A stretch of DNA of 64,000 bases from Camelus ferus (GCF_009834535.1 NC_045697.1:53756001-53820000); one strand, 5' to 3'; shown: positions 1 through 11,469, counted from the first letter of the stretch. Numbers and translations: made by a program. The notes: generated by a model not told the origin, from the sequence alone.

Positions 1-7
1 ATACCAA

Positions 8-240
8 AATGGTTAAGAGTTTGAACTCTGTACTCAGACAGCATGGATTTAAGTCCCCGAAGAACTGCCACAGACTTGTGTGGGGTTGGGAGTGTTACTG
101 TATCTCCCTAAGCCTCAGCTGCCCCATCAGTGAAATGCAGATAAAGTAATGGTATTAACCACTTCATGGAGTTCTTCAAAGTCTGAATATACTAACCTTG
201 TAAAGCACTAAATGTAGTTGGTGTCTATAGTGCTATGTAA
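8..240 (+). mobile_element. MIR SINE (repeated at about 26635-26867 and 53236-53468)
   Basis: ggttaagagt...ctaagcctcagctgccccatcagtgaaatgcagata...tgtaaagcact matches the MIR core and tail. Confidence 0.7.
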
Positions 241-590
241 TTTACATTAACTATTCTGATTTAAATGCATGGAAATACATTCATAATAATTTTAGTCCAC
301 AGGTTTATGCAGTACATTTTATGTAACATGTTTCAAATGCAAATAATGATAATAACAGCATTTCCTGTAAATATGCAGAAACTAAATAAGGAGAAATAAA
401 TTTGTGGTACAGGACTGTGCCAAGATGCCAGAGTAGGCGGACATGGTGCTCACGATCCTCACAAACACATCAAAAATACATCTTCACGTGGAACAGCTGT
501 CACAGAAAACTGTAAACTGACAGAACTACGAAAACAAAGCTACAAGAAAGAGTTCCCTGTAACCAGGCACGATGGAAAAAAAGTAAAGGG

Positions 591-3361
591 GCAAGATGGT
601 GAAGCGATAGGACCATGAGCTCGTCTCTCCTTGCAACTACAACAAAACCACAAATGACTGCTAAACAACCATCAAAAAAAAAAAAAAAGAGTGGAATCTA
701 GCGAAAAAAAAAAAAAAAACTTTTTCAACTCTAAACATAAAGAGGGAACCACAGTGGGATGGTAGGAGGGGCATGCTTCCAATATTATCAGGCTCCATAC
801 CCCTGGGTTGAGTGACCCACAAGCTGAAAGACGATTAAGTTGCAGGGGCGCACCCACAGGAGTGAGACTTCTCAGCCCCACATCAGACTCCCCAGCCCAG
901 GGTTCCAGCATTGAGAGGAGGAGGAGATCCCAGGACATCTGGTTTTCAAGGCCAGTGGGGCTTAGCTCCAGGAGCATCATGGGACTAGGGGGAAACAGAG
1001 ACTTCATTCTCTAGGGAATAGAACACAGAATCTCACGTGTGCCAGGTCCAAGGGCAGAGGCAGTGATTTCATAAGAACCTGGGACAGACCTGTCTGCTGG
1101 TTTTGGAAGGACTCCTGGGGATGTAGGGGAAAGCTGTGGCTCACCTAGGGGACATAAAAGCTGGTGCTGGACATTACAGGAGTGTTCATCTGCATGAGCT
1201 TTCCTGGAGGCTGGTATCATTATTGGATCACTAGCACCAAGAACTAGCCCCACCCAACAGCCTGTAGGGAAACCTCAAGCCAAAAAACATACTGGGTGGG
1301 AACACAGCGCACCCATCAGCAGACTTCCTAACCCCACAAACACCTCTAGACAGGGCCCTACCCACCAGAGGTCCAGAACCAAGCTGCACCCAGCAGTGGG
1401 CAGACACTAACTCCTCCTGCCAGGAAACCTGCATAAGCCTCTAGTTCCTCCCTCATCCACCAGGGGGCAGGTACCAGAAATAAAAAAACAATCCCAAAGC
1501 TTGTGGAAGGAATCCACAAACACAGGCCAGACTCTACACTGGGACCAGCTGGACCCTGGCCCTTGAGTAACAAGAGAGGAGTGTACCGCTGGGATGCATA
1601 GCACATCTCCTACAGAGGGCCACCTCTCCAAGGTCTACAAATGTAACTGACCTACCTAAAAACACAAATAGAAAGACAGACAATATGACATGGCAAAAGA
1701 ATACTGCCCAGACCAAGGCACAAGATAAAATCTCAGAAGAAATAAGTGATGAGTTGTGGGAGCCCATGACTGGGTTAACAAACTGTAATAATCCCAGTCA
1801 CTTACCTCCTTAAAGAAGATGTGCTTAGTACCTGCCTTGAGGTTTTAGCAATGACCCAGGCCCCCAGCTATAAACGCTGGGCATGCCTGGTGTTAGTCTT
1901 CTATCCCCAAAACAGCCTTGGGCTGGAATGGTAAACAACTTATAGAAAGCTGCAGACTCAGAGGTGAGAAGGCTGGTTAGCCAATGACAGGTAAGACCCC
2001 CTGAGGGGGCAACCTAAGACAGGCACAGCCACCTGAGTCCAAGAAAATCTTGTCAAGCAAGCTGATTCTCATACGTTCCGCCCTGATAAGCTGAAAGGCT
2101 CAACACGATTATGATTCACCAAAAAGGGTCTTCTGACCTTGAGCCAAACACCAACAATAAACAAAGCCTTTGTACTCATTGTGATCCTACCCTGTACTTC
2201 CCTAAATTCCTGCTTCAACTGTACTCAGTAAATATGAGAGATTTGAGAGGCTTGTGGAGTTGGCTCCCGACTCCCTCTCGCTCTCTTGACATTTCCCCAG
2301 AGTCTTGAGTAATTCATTCCGTCTCGGTGGGACTTCTGCTGGCCAGAACCCACAAATGGTGACGAACCCACAATGAGAAGAAGGCAATTTATCTGAGGAA
2401 GGAGTTTAAAGTACTGATGGCAAAGATGTTCAGAGAGCTCAAGAGGTGTACAGATGCACAGAGGGAGTTTTTTAGCAAAGACTTGGAAAATACAAAGAAT
2501 ACCCAAACACAGTTGAAGGATAAAATCACTGAAATGAAAAACACACTAGAAGGAAACAAGAATAGACTAAATGAAGTATAAAAATGGATCAGTGACCTAC
2601 CAGACAGATTAGTGGAAATTACTACAGCACAACAGAAAAAAAAGAAAAGAAAAGAAAGGAAGATAATTTAAGAGAACTCTGGGACAATGTGAAGCACACT
2701 AATTTTCACGTTACAAGAGTCCCAGAAAGAGAAGAGAGAGAGAAAGGACCTGAGGAAATTTCTGGAGAGATAATCACTGAAAACTCCCCCAACTTGGGAA
2801 AGGAAACAGTCATCCAAGTCCAGGAAGCTCAGAGAGTACCACACAGGATCAACCCAAAGAGGAACACACCAAAGCACACAGTCATCAAATTGATAAAAAT
2901 TAAGGATAAGGAGAAAATATTAAAATTAGCAAGAGAAAAGCAAACAATAACATACAAGGGAACTCCCATAAGGTTATCAGCTGATTTTTCAGCATAAACA
3001 TGACAGGCCAGAAGGGAGTGGCACAATATATTTAGAGTGATAAAAGGGAAAAACTTGCAACCAAGAATACTCTATCCTGCAAGGCTCTCATTTACATTTG
3101 ATGGAGAAATCAAAAGCTTCACAGGTAAATAAAAGCTAAAAGAATTCAGCACCACCAAACCAGCTATACAACAAATATTAAAGGAACTTCTCTAGTCATC
3201 AAACCATAGAAAACAGAACAAAAAGAAGAAAGATTTAAAAAAAAAAAAAAACCTACAAAAGATTGCTTTGGCAGTTCCAAGGCTTTTGTGGTTCCATAAT
3301 ATACTGTATATGTGCAGTCAAATTTGTAACAATTCTATATAATAAAATTGAAAAATGAAAA
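591..3361 (+). mobile_element. ORF1-only L1 derivative (HAL1-like) nested in the L1-A 5'UTR
   Basis: 5'UTR from gcaagatgg; ORF1 remnant 1685-3195 (PIRLSADFSA motif); inverted ORF2 piece 3261-3298; AATAAA at 3341 plus A-rich tail; TSD core GTAAAGGG at 583-590 and 3369-3376. Confidence 0.75.
1755..2372 (+). mobile_element. Solo ERV LTR (probably ERV2/ERVK-like) inserted in ORF1 of the HAL1-like element
   Basis: TGTGGG...CCCACA inverted termini; flanking repeat ATGAG(T)/ATGAG(A) at 1749-1754 and 2373-2378; CCAAT at 1981; AATAAA at 2156; absent from the homologous ORF1 at about 54975. Confidence 0.8.
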
Positions 3362-6300
3362 CCGGAAGGTAAAGGGTTGGGACTTTGCCCCTTGGAAGGA
3401 TCTGGAAGAAAGAGAAGTTCCTCACAGGTGGACCTTCACCCTGGGGAGATAATGAGCAGAGCTACAGACTGGGCACCTCAGTCCTGGTCTTATACAGAGG
3501 AAACAAGTGTCTTGGATGCTGGGGAACTACTTAGACAAATAGCAGGGCTGGAGAATCCATCAATCCACTCTCAAAAAATGCACATGTGCTGGCTAGCAAA
3601 AAAAAAAAAAAAGTAAGGTCAGACTCTACAGTGGCAGCTGTTGCCTTGCCAAAATTCCAAATCTGAGAGGGGCAACTATCCCACCCTGTTCATTCCACAC
3701 CATAGATTGACACAAGATCTGGAATAGCTGGACCCTGAAAAAAGACTCAGTCTAGCTGTGCAGAGAATGCTTGGGCCTTGAGTGTCGTCTGGCTGCGGAG
3801 GCCGTTTCCAATGCTGTTGCTTATTAGCCAGCGTTACAAGAGTCACAGGGACCAGCAAATGACAGTCCATCTACCAGCTGAACAAGTGCTCTGGCCCTAC
3901 CTCTTCCACATCACAGTTTTGCAATACATCTGGTACAACCACAACAAGGTGAGGGACACAAATCAGGGCTGCACCTGAGCAGAGCCAAAGATGCCTACAC
4001 ACGTGGTATATCTTGACATCTGTGAGCACACAGGCCTTGCTTGCTTCAGCACTCCCTGCCCTTGGGGCAAGGAACACTATTAAAGAGAAAGGCCCTGACT
4101 GTGCCCGAATCTCTAGGCTTCAACTCCAACAACTGTGGAGCAGGTACTACCCCTGACAGGGTGGTGATAGTCATGGAGCAGAGAGCAGTCTCACCCCTGC
4201 CCAGGTTTTAGACACTCCAATAGCCACAACACCCCCTATTAAACTGATAATGGCCAGCACAAACTAATGAAAGATGTAGCTGACTATCATTTCCAAATGA
4301 GAGCTCACACCAAAGACATTGGAAACATACGGTTTACACAGGGATGCTCCCACATAAAAATACCCCTTTGAGATCACAATACAGAGTTTCTCCTAAACTC
4401 ACAGAGGCAGAGAAAGTTAGCTGAAATGAAGAAATAGGGGTACTACTTCCAATTCAAAGAGTAAGAGAAATCCCCTTAAAGAATAAATAATGACACAGGA
4501 ACACAAGTCTACAGACCCTGATTTCAAAAAGGAGGTAATAAAAGTCTAAGTGAATTCAGAATAATTTTAGATATAAATAGAGATCACTGTAACAAATGGA
4601 TAGAAATTATGATAATCAACTGAAAAATAGGTAATTCAATTTCTGAATAAAAATCAATCTAGAAGCAATGAACATCTGACTAAAATACACAGAACAATGA
4701 ATAGGTGATCTGGAAGATAGAATAATGGAAATCACCCAATTGGAACAGCACACAGAAAAACAATTTTAAAAAATGAAAGCAACATAAGAGATCAATAGGA
4801 ATATATAAAAGCACCTAAAAATATAAAGCAAACACTAATAGAAATTAAGGCAGAAATTGACAGGAACACAGTAATAGAAGATTTATAACAGCCCACTGAC
4901 ATCAATAGACAGATTGCCTAGACAGAAAACCCATAATGCAGCAGAGGTCCTAAACACACAGTAGAACACTAGGACTAATATCTACAGAACACCACTTCCA
5001 AAAAAGCAGAACACAGATGCTTTTCAGGCACATATGGAAGATTCTCTAGGAGACACCACAGAGTAGGTCACAAAACAAACCTCAAGAAATTAAGGAGGAT
5101 AGAAATTACATCAAGCATTTATTAAACCACAATGGTATGAAACTAGAAATCAGCTACAGAAAGAAACAGACTAAAAGAATGAACACATTGAGGCTAAAAA
5201 CATGATACTTAACAATGGGTCAATGATAAATCAAAGAAGACTTAAGAAAATATCACAAGACAAATGGAAATGAAAACCCAACTTTACAAAATCTATGGTA
5301 TGAAGCAAAAGCAGTTCTAAGAGGGAAGTCATAGCAATGCAGGCCTTCCTCAAAAAATGAGAATGATTTAATCTACTACCTACAAGAAAAAGAAAAAGAA
5401 GAACAAAGACCAAACATGGCAGATGGAATGAATTAATAAAGATGAGAGAGAAAGTAAATAAAATGGACATTAAAAAATCATTAGAAAAGATAAAAAAAGG
5501 GAATCATTTTTAAAAGATAAACAAAACTGACAAAACATCAATTGTGCTCAAAAAGAAGAGAGAAGACCCAAATAAACAAGATAACAAGTGAAAGAAAAAG
5601 AATACAACCCAATACCACTGAGATACAAAAAAAATCATAAGAGAATACTATGAATAGTTATATGCCAACCAATTGGACAACCTAGAAGAAATGGATGAAC
5701 TTTTAGAAATACACTACTTGACGAGACTAAATAAAGAAGAAAGGGTCAATTTGAACAGAGTGATCACCAGAAGTGCAATAGATTCTGTAACTTAAAAAAG
5801 ACAAAATTTGCCTGTAAACAAAAGTCCAGAACAGGGACTTCAACCAAACATATAAAGAAGAACTTATACTTATCCTTCTCAAACTATTCCAAGAAATTAA
5901 AGATGATAGAATACCCCAAATTCACTTTACAAAGCAACAATTAGCCTGATATCATAACCAAATACATTACAAAAAACTACAGGCCAGTATTTTTTATGAA
6001 TATATATGCAAAAATCCTCAACAAAATATTAGCCAACAAAATCCAAAAATACATTAAAATAACCATTCACCTGATCAAGTTACAATTATTTTAGGGTCAC
6101 AAGGATGGTTCAACAGAGGCAAATCAACCAGTGTGATACTGCTGTCAACAAAAGGAAACTCAAAAACTACATGATCGTCTCAATAAAATAAGATTTGATA
6201 AAAACATACATGAATAAAAACTCTCATCAAAGTGGATATAGAGGGAATATATCTCAATGTAATAAAGGCCATTTATGACATACCAACAACCAACAACCAA

Positions 6301-8395
6301 CATAATACTCAACAGTGAAAATCTGGAAGACTTCCCACAAAATTCAGGTACTAGACAAGAATTCCCACTCTCACAGCCTCCATTTAACGTGGGATGCTAT
6401 GTTCTAGCCACAGCAATCAGACAATAAAAAGAAAGAAAGTTATCCAAAATATAAGGTAAGAGGTTAAACTGTCACTATGTGCAGATGACATGATACTCTA
6501 CGTAGAGAATCCGAAAGTCTCCACACAAAAACTGTTAGAACTAGGAAATGAATTCAGTAAAGTGGCAGGATACAAGATTTATATACAAAAATCTATTGCA
6601 TTTCTACACACTAATAATAAAACATAAGAAAGACAAAGAAAAAGCAATCTCATTTAAAATTATATCAAATAATAAAATCAAATAAACTATCTAGGAATCA
6701 ACTTAACCACAAAGTGGAAGGCCTATACACTGAAAACTATAAAACACTGATGAAGGAAACTGAAGATAATTCAAAGAAATGGGAAGATATCTCTTGCTCT
6801 TAGATTGGGAGAATTAATAATGTTAAAATAGCCATACTACTCAAAGCAATCTACAGTTTGTATGCAATCCCCACCAAAATTCCCAGGATATGTTTCATAG
6901 AACTAGAACAAATAATACTAAAATTTACATGGACCACAAAAGACCTCCAATGGCAAAACATTCTGGAGAACAAAGAACGAAAAAGGTGATATAACCCTTC
7001 TTGTCATCAGTCAAAACTGCAAAGCAATAGTAATGAAAACAGTGTGGTACTGGCATAAAAACAGACACATAGATCAATAAAAAAGAATAGATGGCCCAAA
7101 AATAAACGCATGCACCTACGGTCAATCTATGACAAAGGAGGCAAGAATAGACAAAAGAGAGAAGAGTCTATTCAACAAATGGTGATGAAAAAATGGACGG
7201 CCACATTAAAAACAATGATATAAGAACATTCCATCACGTCAAATACAAAAATAACCACAAATTGGTTTAAAGACCTAAATATAAGTCTTGACAACATGAA
7301 ACATCTAGAAGAAAACATAGTCAAATCTTTGGCAAAAATCATAGCAAAATTTTCTTAGGTTAGTCCCCCAAAGGGGGAAAAAATAAAAGCAAAGTAAGCA
7401 AATGAGGCCTAATGAAACTTAGAAGTTTTGAACAGCAAAGGAACCGTGGACAAAATGAAAACACAACCTGTGGGATGCAAGCAAATAGTTACTAATGATG
7501 CGAACAAAAGGAGTTATTCAAGTACACAAACAGCTCATACAACTGAATAGCAAAAAACAATCCAATCAAAAAATGAGCAGAAGACCTGAATAGACATTTT
7601 TCTAAAGATGACATATACGTCTGACAATCACATGAAAATGTGAAAAACACTGTTAATTATTAGACAAATGCAAATGTGCAGAAAAGGAATACCTCATACA
7701 CTGTTGCTGGAAATACAAATTGATGCAACCACTATGGAAAATTTATGGAGGTTCCTTAAAAACTGAAAATACAACTGCCACAAGATCCAAAAACTCCATT
7801 CTTGGGTATATATATGAAAAAATCAAAAACTGTATTTCAAAAAATTACATGAATTGCAATGTTCATAGCAGCACTAATTACAATAACCAAAACATGGAAG
7901 CAATCCAAATGCACATCAACAGACGATAGTCTTAAGAATTCATGATGTATGTGTACCAAGGATTATTACTCAGCTGTAAGAAAGAATGAAATATTGCCTT
8001 TGGGAGCAACATGGATAGATCTAGAGAAAATTTGGCTTAGTGAAATAAGTCAGACAAATGTAAATATGCTTTAAGTTATCAATTAAATGTTAAGTCTAAA
8101 AACTAAAACTATATACAAAACAGAAACAGATTCAGGAAATAGACAATAATGTATGCTTACCAAAAAGGAGGATGAATGGACAAATTAGGGGTATGTGGTA
8201 ACAAAGTACTATGCATAAAATAGATAAAAAACAAGATTTATCATGGACCATGGGGAACTATTTCCAATATCTTATAATAACCAGTAATGGAATATAATAT
8301 AACAAAACACTGAATAAATATGCTGTAACTTGAAACTGAACAAAATTGTATATCAGGTATACTTCAACGCAAGCAAGTAAATGAATGACTGAAAA

Positions 8396-8423
8396 TTTAA
8401 TTAATTAATTAATTAATTAATAA
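8396..8423. repeat. (TTAA)n microsatellite at the L1-A tail
   Basis: ttaattaattaattaattaattaa. Confidence 0.85.
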
Positions 8424-8439
8424 AATTATGTTACAAACT

Positions 8440-9355
8440 AGGGCTGAAGCCCACTGTCAGGACCCAAGGAGTGAGGTGCAGAGTAGCAGCACCTGTTCTC
8501 AGTAATGGCCTGTTAAAGCCCCCTGTCAGGACCCAGGGGGTGGGGTGCAGACCAGCAGCAGTGTGGCCCTGGTAACGGTGGGGCAGAGCGCTGGCTGAAG
8601 ACCCAGGGTGAGGAGCAGAGCGCAGCCCTGCGGCCCCAGCAATGAGAGCTTAAAGCCCTGACTCAGGACTCACGGAAGGTGCGTACAGCAGCAGCAGCTC
8701 AGCCTAGGGAGTGGCCAGTCAGAGCCACAAGTAGGAATCCAGGGTGAGGTCCGAAGCAGTAGCAGCAGGGCCACATTTATGGCAGGACGCAACCCTGACT
8801 CGGAACCTGGGGCTCGGCGCACAGCAGCAGCTCCAGTCACACAGATGGCAAGGCCCGGTGGTAACTCCATCAGGGAGAGCAGGTTACAGGAGGGATGGGG
8901 CCCCAGGGTCAGGTCACACCACAGCGACATTTCCAGCCTCAGGAATGACGCAGAAGCAGGGACTCTGGGCAGCTCTGTCAGCTGGAATCTGTGTTGGTGA
9001 AGATCTTGGAAGTCCTCGGTGTCAAAGGCCACAAACACCTAGGGTGGAGAGGCTTGCTGGGGTCCTCCTGGTCTCTTCTTCCCCAGGGGGTGAAATGCCT
9101 TCAGGGCATCTCTGCTGTGACAGGCTGCTCTGAACTGGGGGATGAGGCGAGGTAGGTAAAGTCTTTCCTGTGCTTTTCTACATGGCCATCGTCAGTTTTG
9201 TATTCTGCAGGGATTCTGCTGCCTCTTCATTGTAGTCCAGAGATTTCCCAAAGTAATTCACATTGGTTGCCCTTGCTCATTTACAGTTTCTGCTGTTCTT
9301 GTGGAATACAAGTATTGGACTTTCTAACGTAACCCTCCATCTTGCTGATATCACT
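8440..9355 (-). mobile_element. Probable old L1 5' region, antisense, with degenerate GC-rich tandem monomers
   Basis: Ends tccatcttgctgatatcac, the reverse complement of an L1-type gtgat.tcagcaagatgga start; recurring caggaccc/gggtgagg/cagcagcagc motifs. Confidence 0.5.
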
Positions 9356-9429
9356 GTATCTAAATTCTGCATCAAGGAGACTGCAGACAAAAGAGCCTTT
9401 CGCTTCCTATTGTTCTCCATCAATCTTAT

Positions 9430-9650
9430 TACTTACATAATACAGCTGACTTGCATGTGCAAGGTCATCGACATTTAGAGGGGTGACAGCACTGACAACA
9501 CAACAGTAAACACACTGTAGAAACACCAAGTGTTCTACACTTTGCCCTTTCACTTGATTTCCACAGCTGCTGACTACTCATATAATGTACTAGTAGAGAT
9601 TTAGAAGTTGTATTTTAACTTCCAGATTGATTTCTCCTTCGATATAAGCA
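9430..9650 (+). promoter_or_regulatory. UGT2B proximal promoter, copy 1 (HNF1-like site, TATA-like element, other liver-type motifs)
   Basis: GTTGTATTTTAAC at 9607-9619 (position and sequence resemble the HNF1 site of UGT2B promoters); GATATAAG at 9641-9648; GTAAACA at 9506-9512. All are conserved in the paralog at about 62520-62740. Confidence 0.7.
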
Positions 9651-9704
9651 TGAGCGATAGCAAAAGAATACAATAATCTTTTAACAGCATTGCATCTGAA
9701 CAAG

Positions 9705-10428
9705 ATGTCTCTGAAATGGATCTCACTTCTGCTGCTGCTGCTGCAGCTGAATTGCTTCTTTAGCTCTGGGAGTTGTGGGAAGGTGCTGGTGTGGCCAGTG
9801 GAATATAGTCATTGGATTAATATGAAGACAATTCTGGATGAACTTGTCATGAAGGGTCATGAGGTGACTGTCCTGACATCTCAAGCTTCTGTTCTGATTG
9901 ATCCCAGCAAACCATCTGCTATTAAATTTGAGATTTTCCCAACACTCTTAACCAAACATGATTTTGAGAATACCATTGAGCATATGCTCAATACATGGAC
10001 ATATATGGCAAAAGATTCGGTTTGGACTTATTTTTCAACGGTGCAAAGTATCTTTCAGGAATATTCTGATATGCAAATCAAGGTCTGTAAAGATCTTGTT
10101 TCCAACAAGAAACTTATGACAAAACTACATGAATCAAGGTTTGACGTCGTTCTTGCAGATGCCATTGGGCCCTGTGGTGAGCTGCTGGCTGAGATACTTC
10201 AAATCCCGTTAGTGTACAGTCTCCGCTTCTCTCCGGGCTTTGCACTGGAGAAGTATGGTGGAAAACTTCCACTCCCACCATCCTACGTACCGGTTATCAT
10301 GTCAGAATTAGGTGATCAAATGACATTCATGGAGAGGGTGAAAAATATGATGTACGTACTTTATTTTGACTTTTGGTTTCAGACATTTAATGAGAAGAAT
10401 TGGAATCAGTTTTACAGTGAAGTACTAG
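9705..10428 (+). CDS. UGT2B: UGT2B-family UDP-glucuronosyltransferase, copy 1, exon 1 (signal peptide plus N-terminal acceptor-binding domain)
   Basis: ATG at 9705 gives [41 protein letters not shown] (catalytic His motif), then [17 protein letters not shown]. Ends GTACTAG|gtaagt; 724 nt, typical UGT2B exon 1 size. The exact ortholog number cannot be resolved from sequence alone. Confidence 0.97.
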
Positions 10429-11040
10429 GTAAGTCATGTTTCACTTGGTGGCATGAAGTCCTAACTTTTTAGTGCCTTGGGAGATGAAATCGTATAAATC
10501 AAAGTCACAGAAATTTATGTTCTATAAATTTGAACATGAAATGATGAAATGAAAATATAAAATTCGGCCTCAGTTTCATAATAAACATGGAAACATTAAG
10601 TTACAGGGCAAGGCATGACCCTGTGGCCCATTACTAGTGCAGCACACTCCGAAAAGTCATGAAACACAAATTGAAGCACTTAAGACATCTCCAAGCAATT
10701 ATGTAATCCATCTTACTAAACTTCATTTTCTAACTTAAAAAAGGTCACTAGAAACCTCCTAAAATATCCTGAAAATAAAAACATGTAGATTTAAGAGCTA
10801 TGTGCATATTCATACCACAAGTATCTGGATAGCATTTAGAAATACTTTCTACTTGTGTAGCACAGTTTCCGTGTTACAGCATAGTACAGATAATTAAAAA
10901 TAGATTTGCTTTATCAAAAATAGACACATCTTTGGCTACATCCTTCCAGGTTCCATTTCAGAAATTATCTAACATTTTCACATGATAGTATTGTCATTTA
11001 ATCTAACATTTGTTCTTTTTGTTCTCATTTTTCCTTTAAG

Positions 11041-11189
11041 GAAGACCCACTACATTACTGGAGACAATTGGGAAAGCTGACATGTGGCTCATTCGAACCT
11101 TTTGGGATTTTGAATTCCCTCGCCCACTGCTACCAAATTTTGAATTTGTTGGAGGCCTCCACTGCAAACCTGCCAAACCTCTGCCTAAG
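11041..11189 (+). CDS. UGT2B: UGT2B copy 1, exon 2
   Basis: tttaag|GAAGACCC...CCTAAG|gtcacc; 149 nt; [49 protein letters not shown]. Confidence 0.96.
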
Positions 11190-11469
11190 GTCACCTATTC
11201 CTGTGTGTTTTGTTTTTGTTACTTTTGCATTTTCAAGAGGAATACTTATGCATTCTTTGTTTAGAGTGATTAATACAGCAGAGAAATGTGCGTAGCTGGA
11301 TAAACTGACTTGCTTATTAGAAACACATACATTTCTATACCAACACAAATATCTGAATTTCATTATCATTACAGAACAAATTGGGATGATTTGAAACTTT
11401 GTTAAACTACAGCCTTCATTATTCAACATATAATAACGCATCAGACAGTCATTAAAAGAATAATTATGA

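Larger units (their letters stand above)
412..8419 (+). mobile_element. Decayed L1 ('L1-A'): 5'UTR split by a nested insertion, ORF1 start at about 4425 fused to ORF2 at about 4810, ORF2 remnant and 3'UTR
   Basis: 5' end caagatgccagagtagg; ORF2-like peptides ([27 protein letters not shown]); candidate TSD ATAAATTTGTGGTACA (396-411) / ATAAAATTATGTTACA (8420-8435). Confidence 0.85.

Noticed and set aside
672..1767. Cluster of short ORFs recurring three times
   Set aside because: They lie in an L1-type 5'UTR and recur only because of the tandem duplication; none resembles a protein I recognise.
8670..9133. Overlapping 73-129 aa ORFs upstream of UGT2B
   Set aside because: GC-rich repeat-derived sequence with few stops by composition; no splice or homology support.
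9690..9704. ORF-track N-terminal extension MHLNK (also at 36317 and 62780)
   Set aside because: It starts at TTG. The real start is the ATG at 9705, which begins the typical UGT2B signal peptide.
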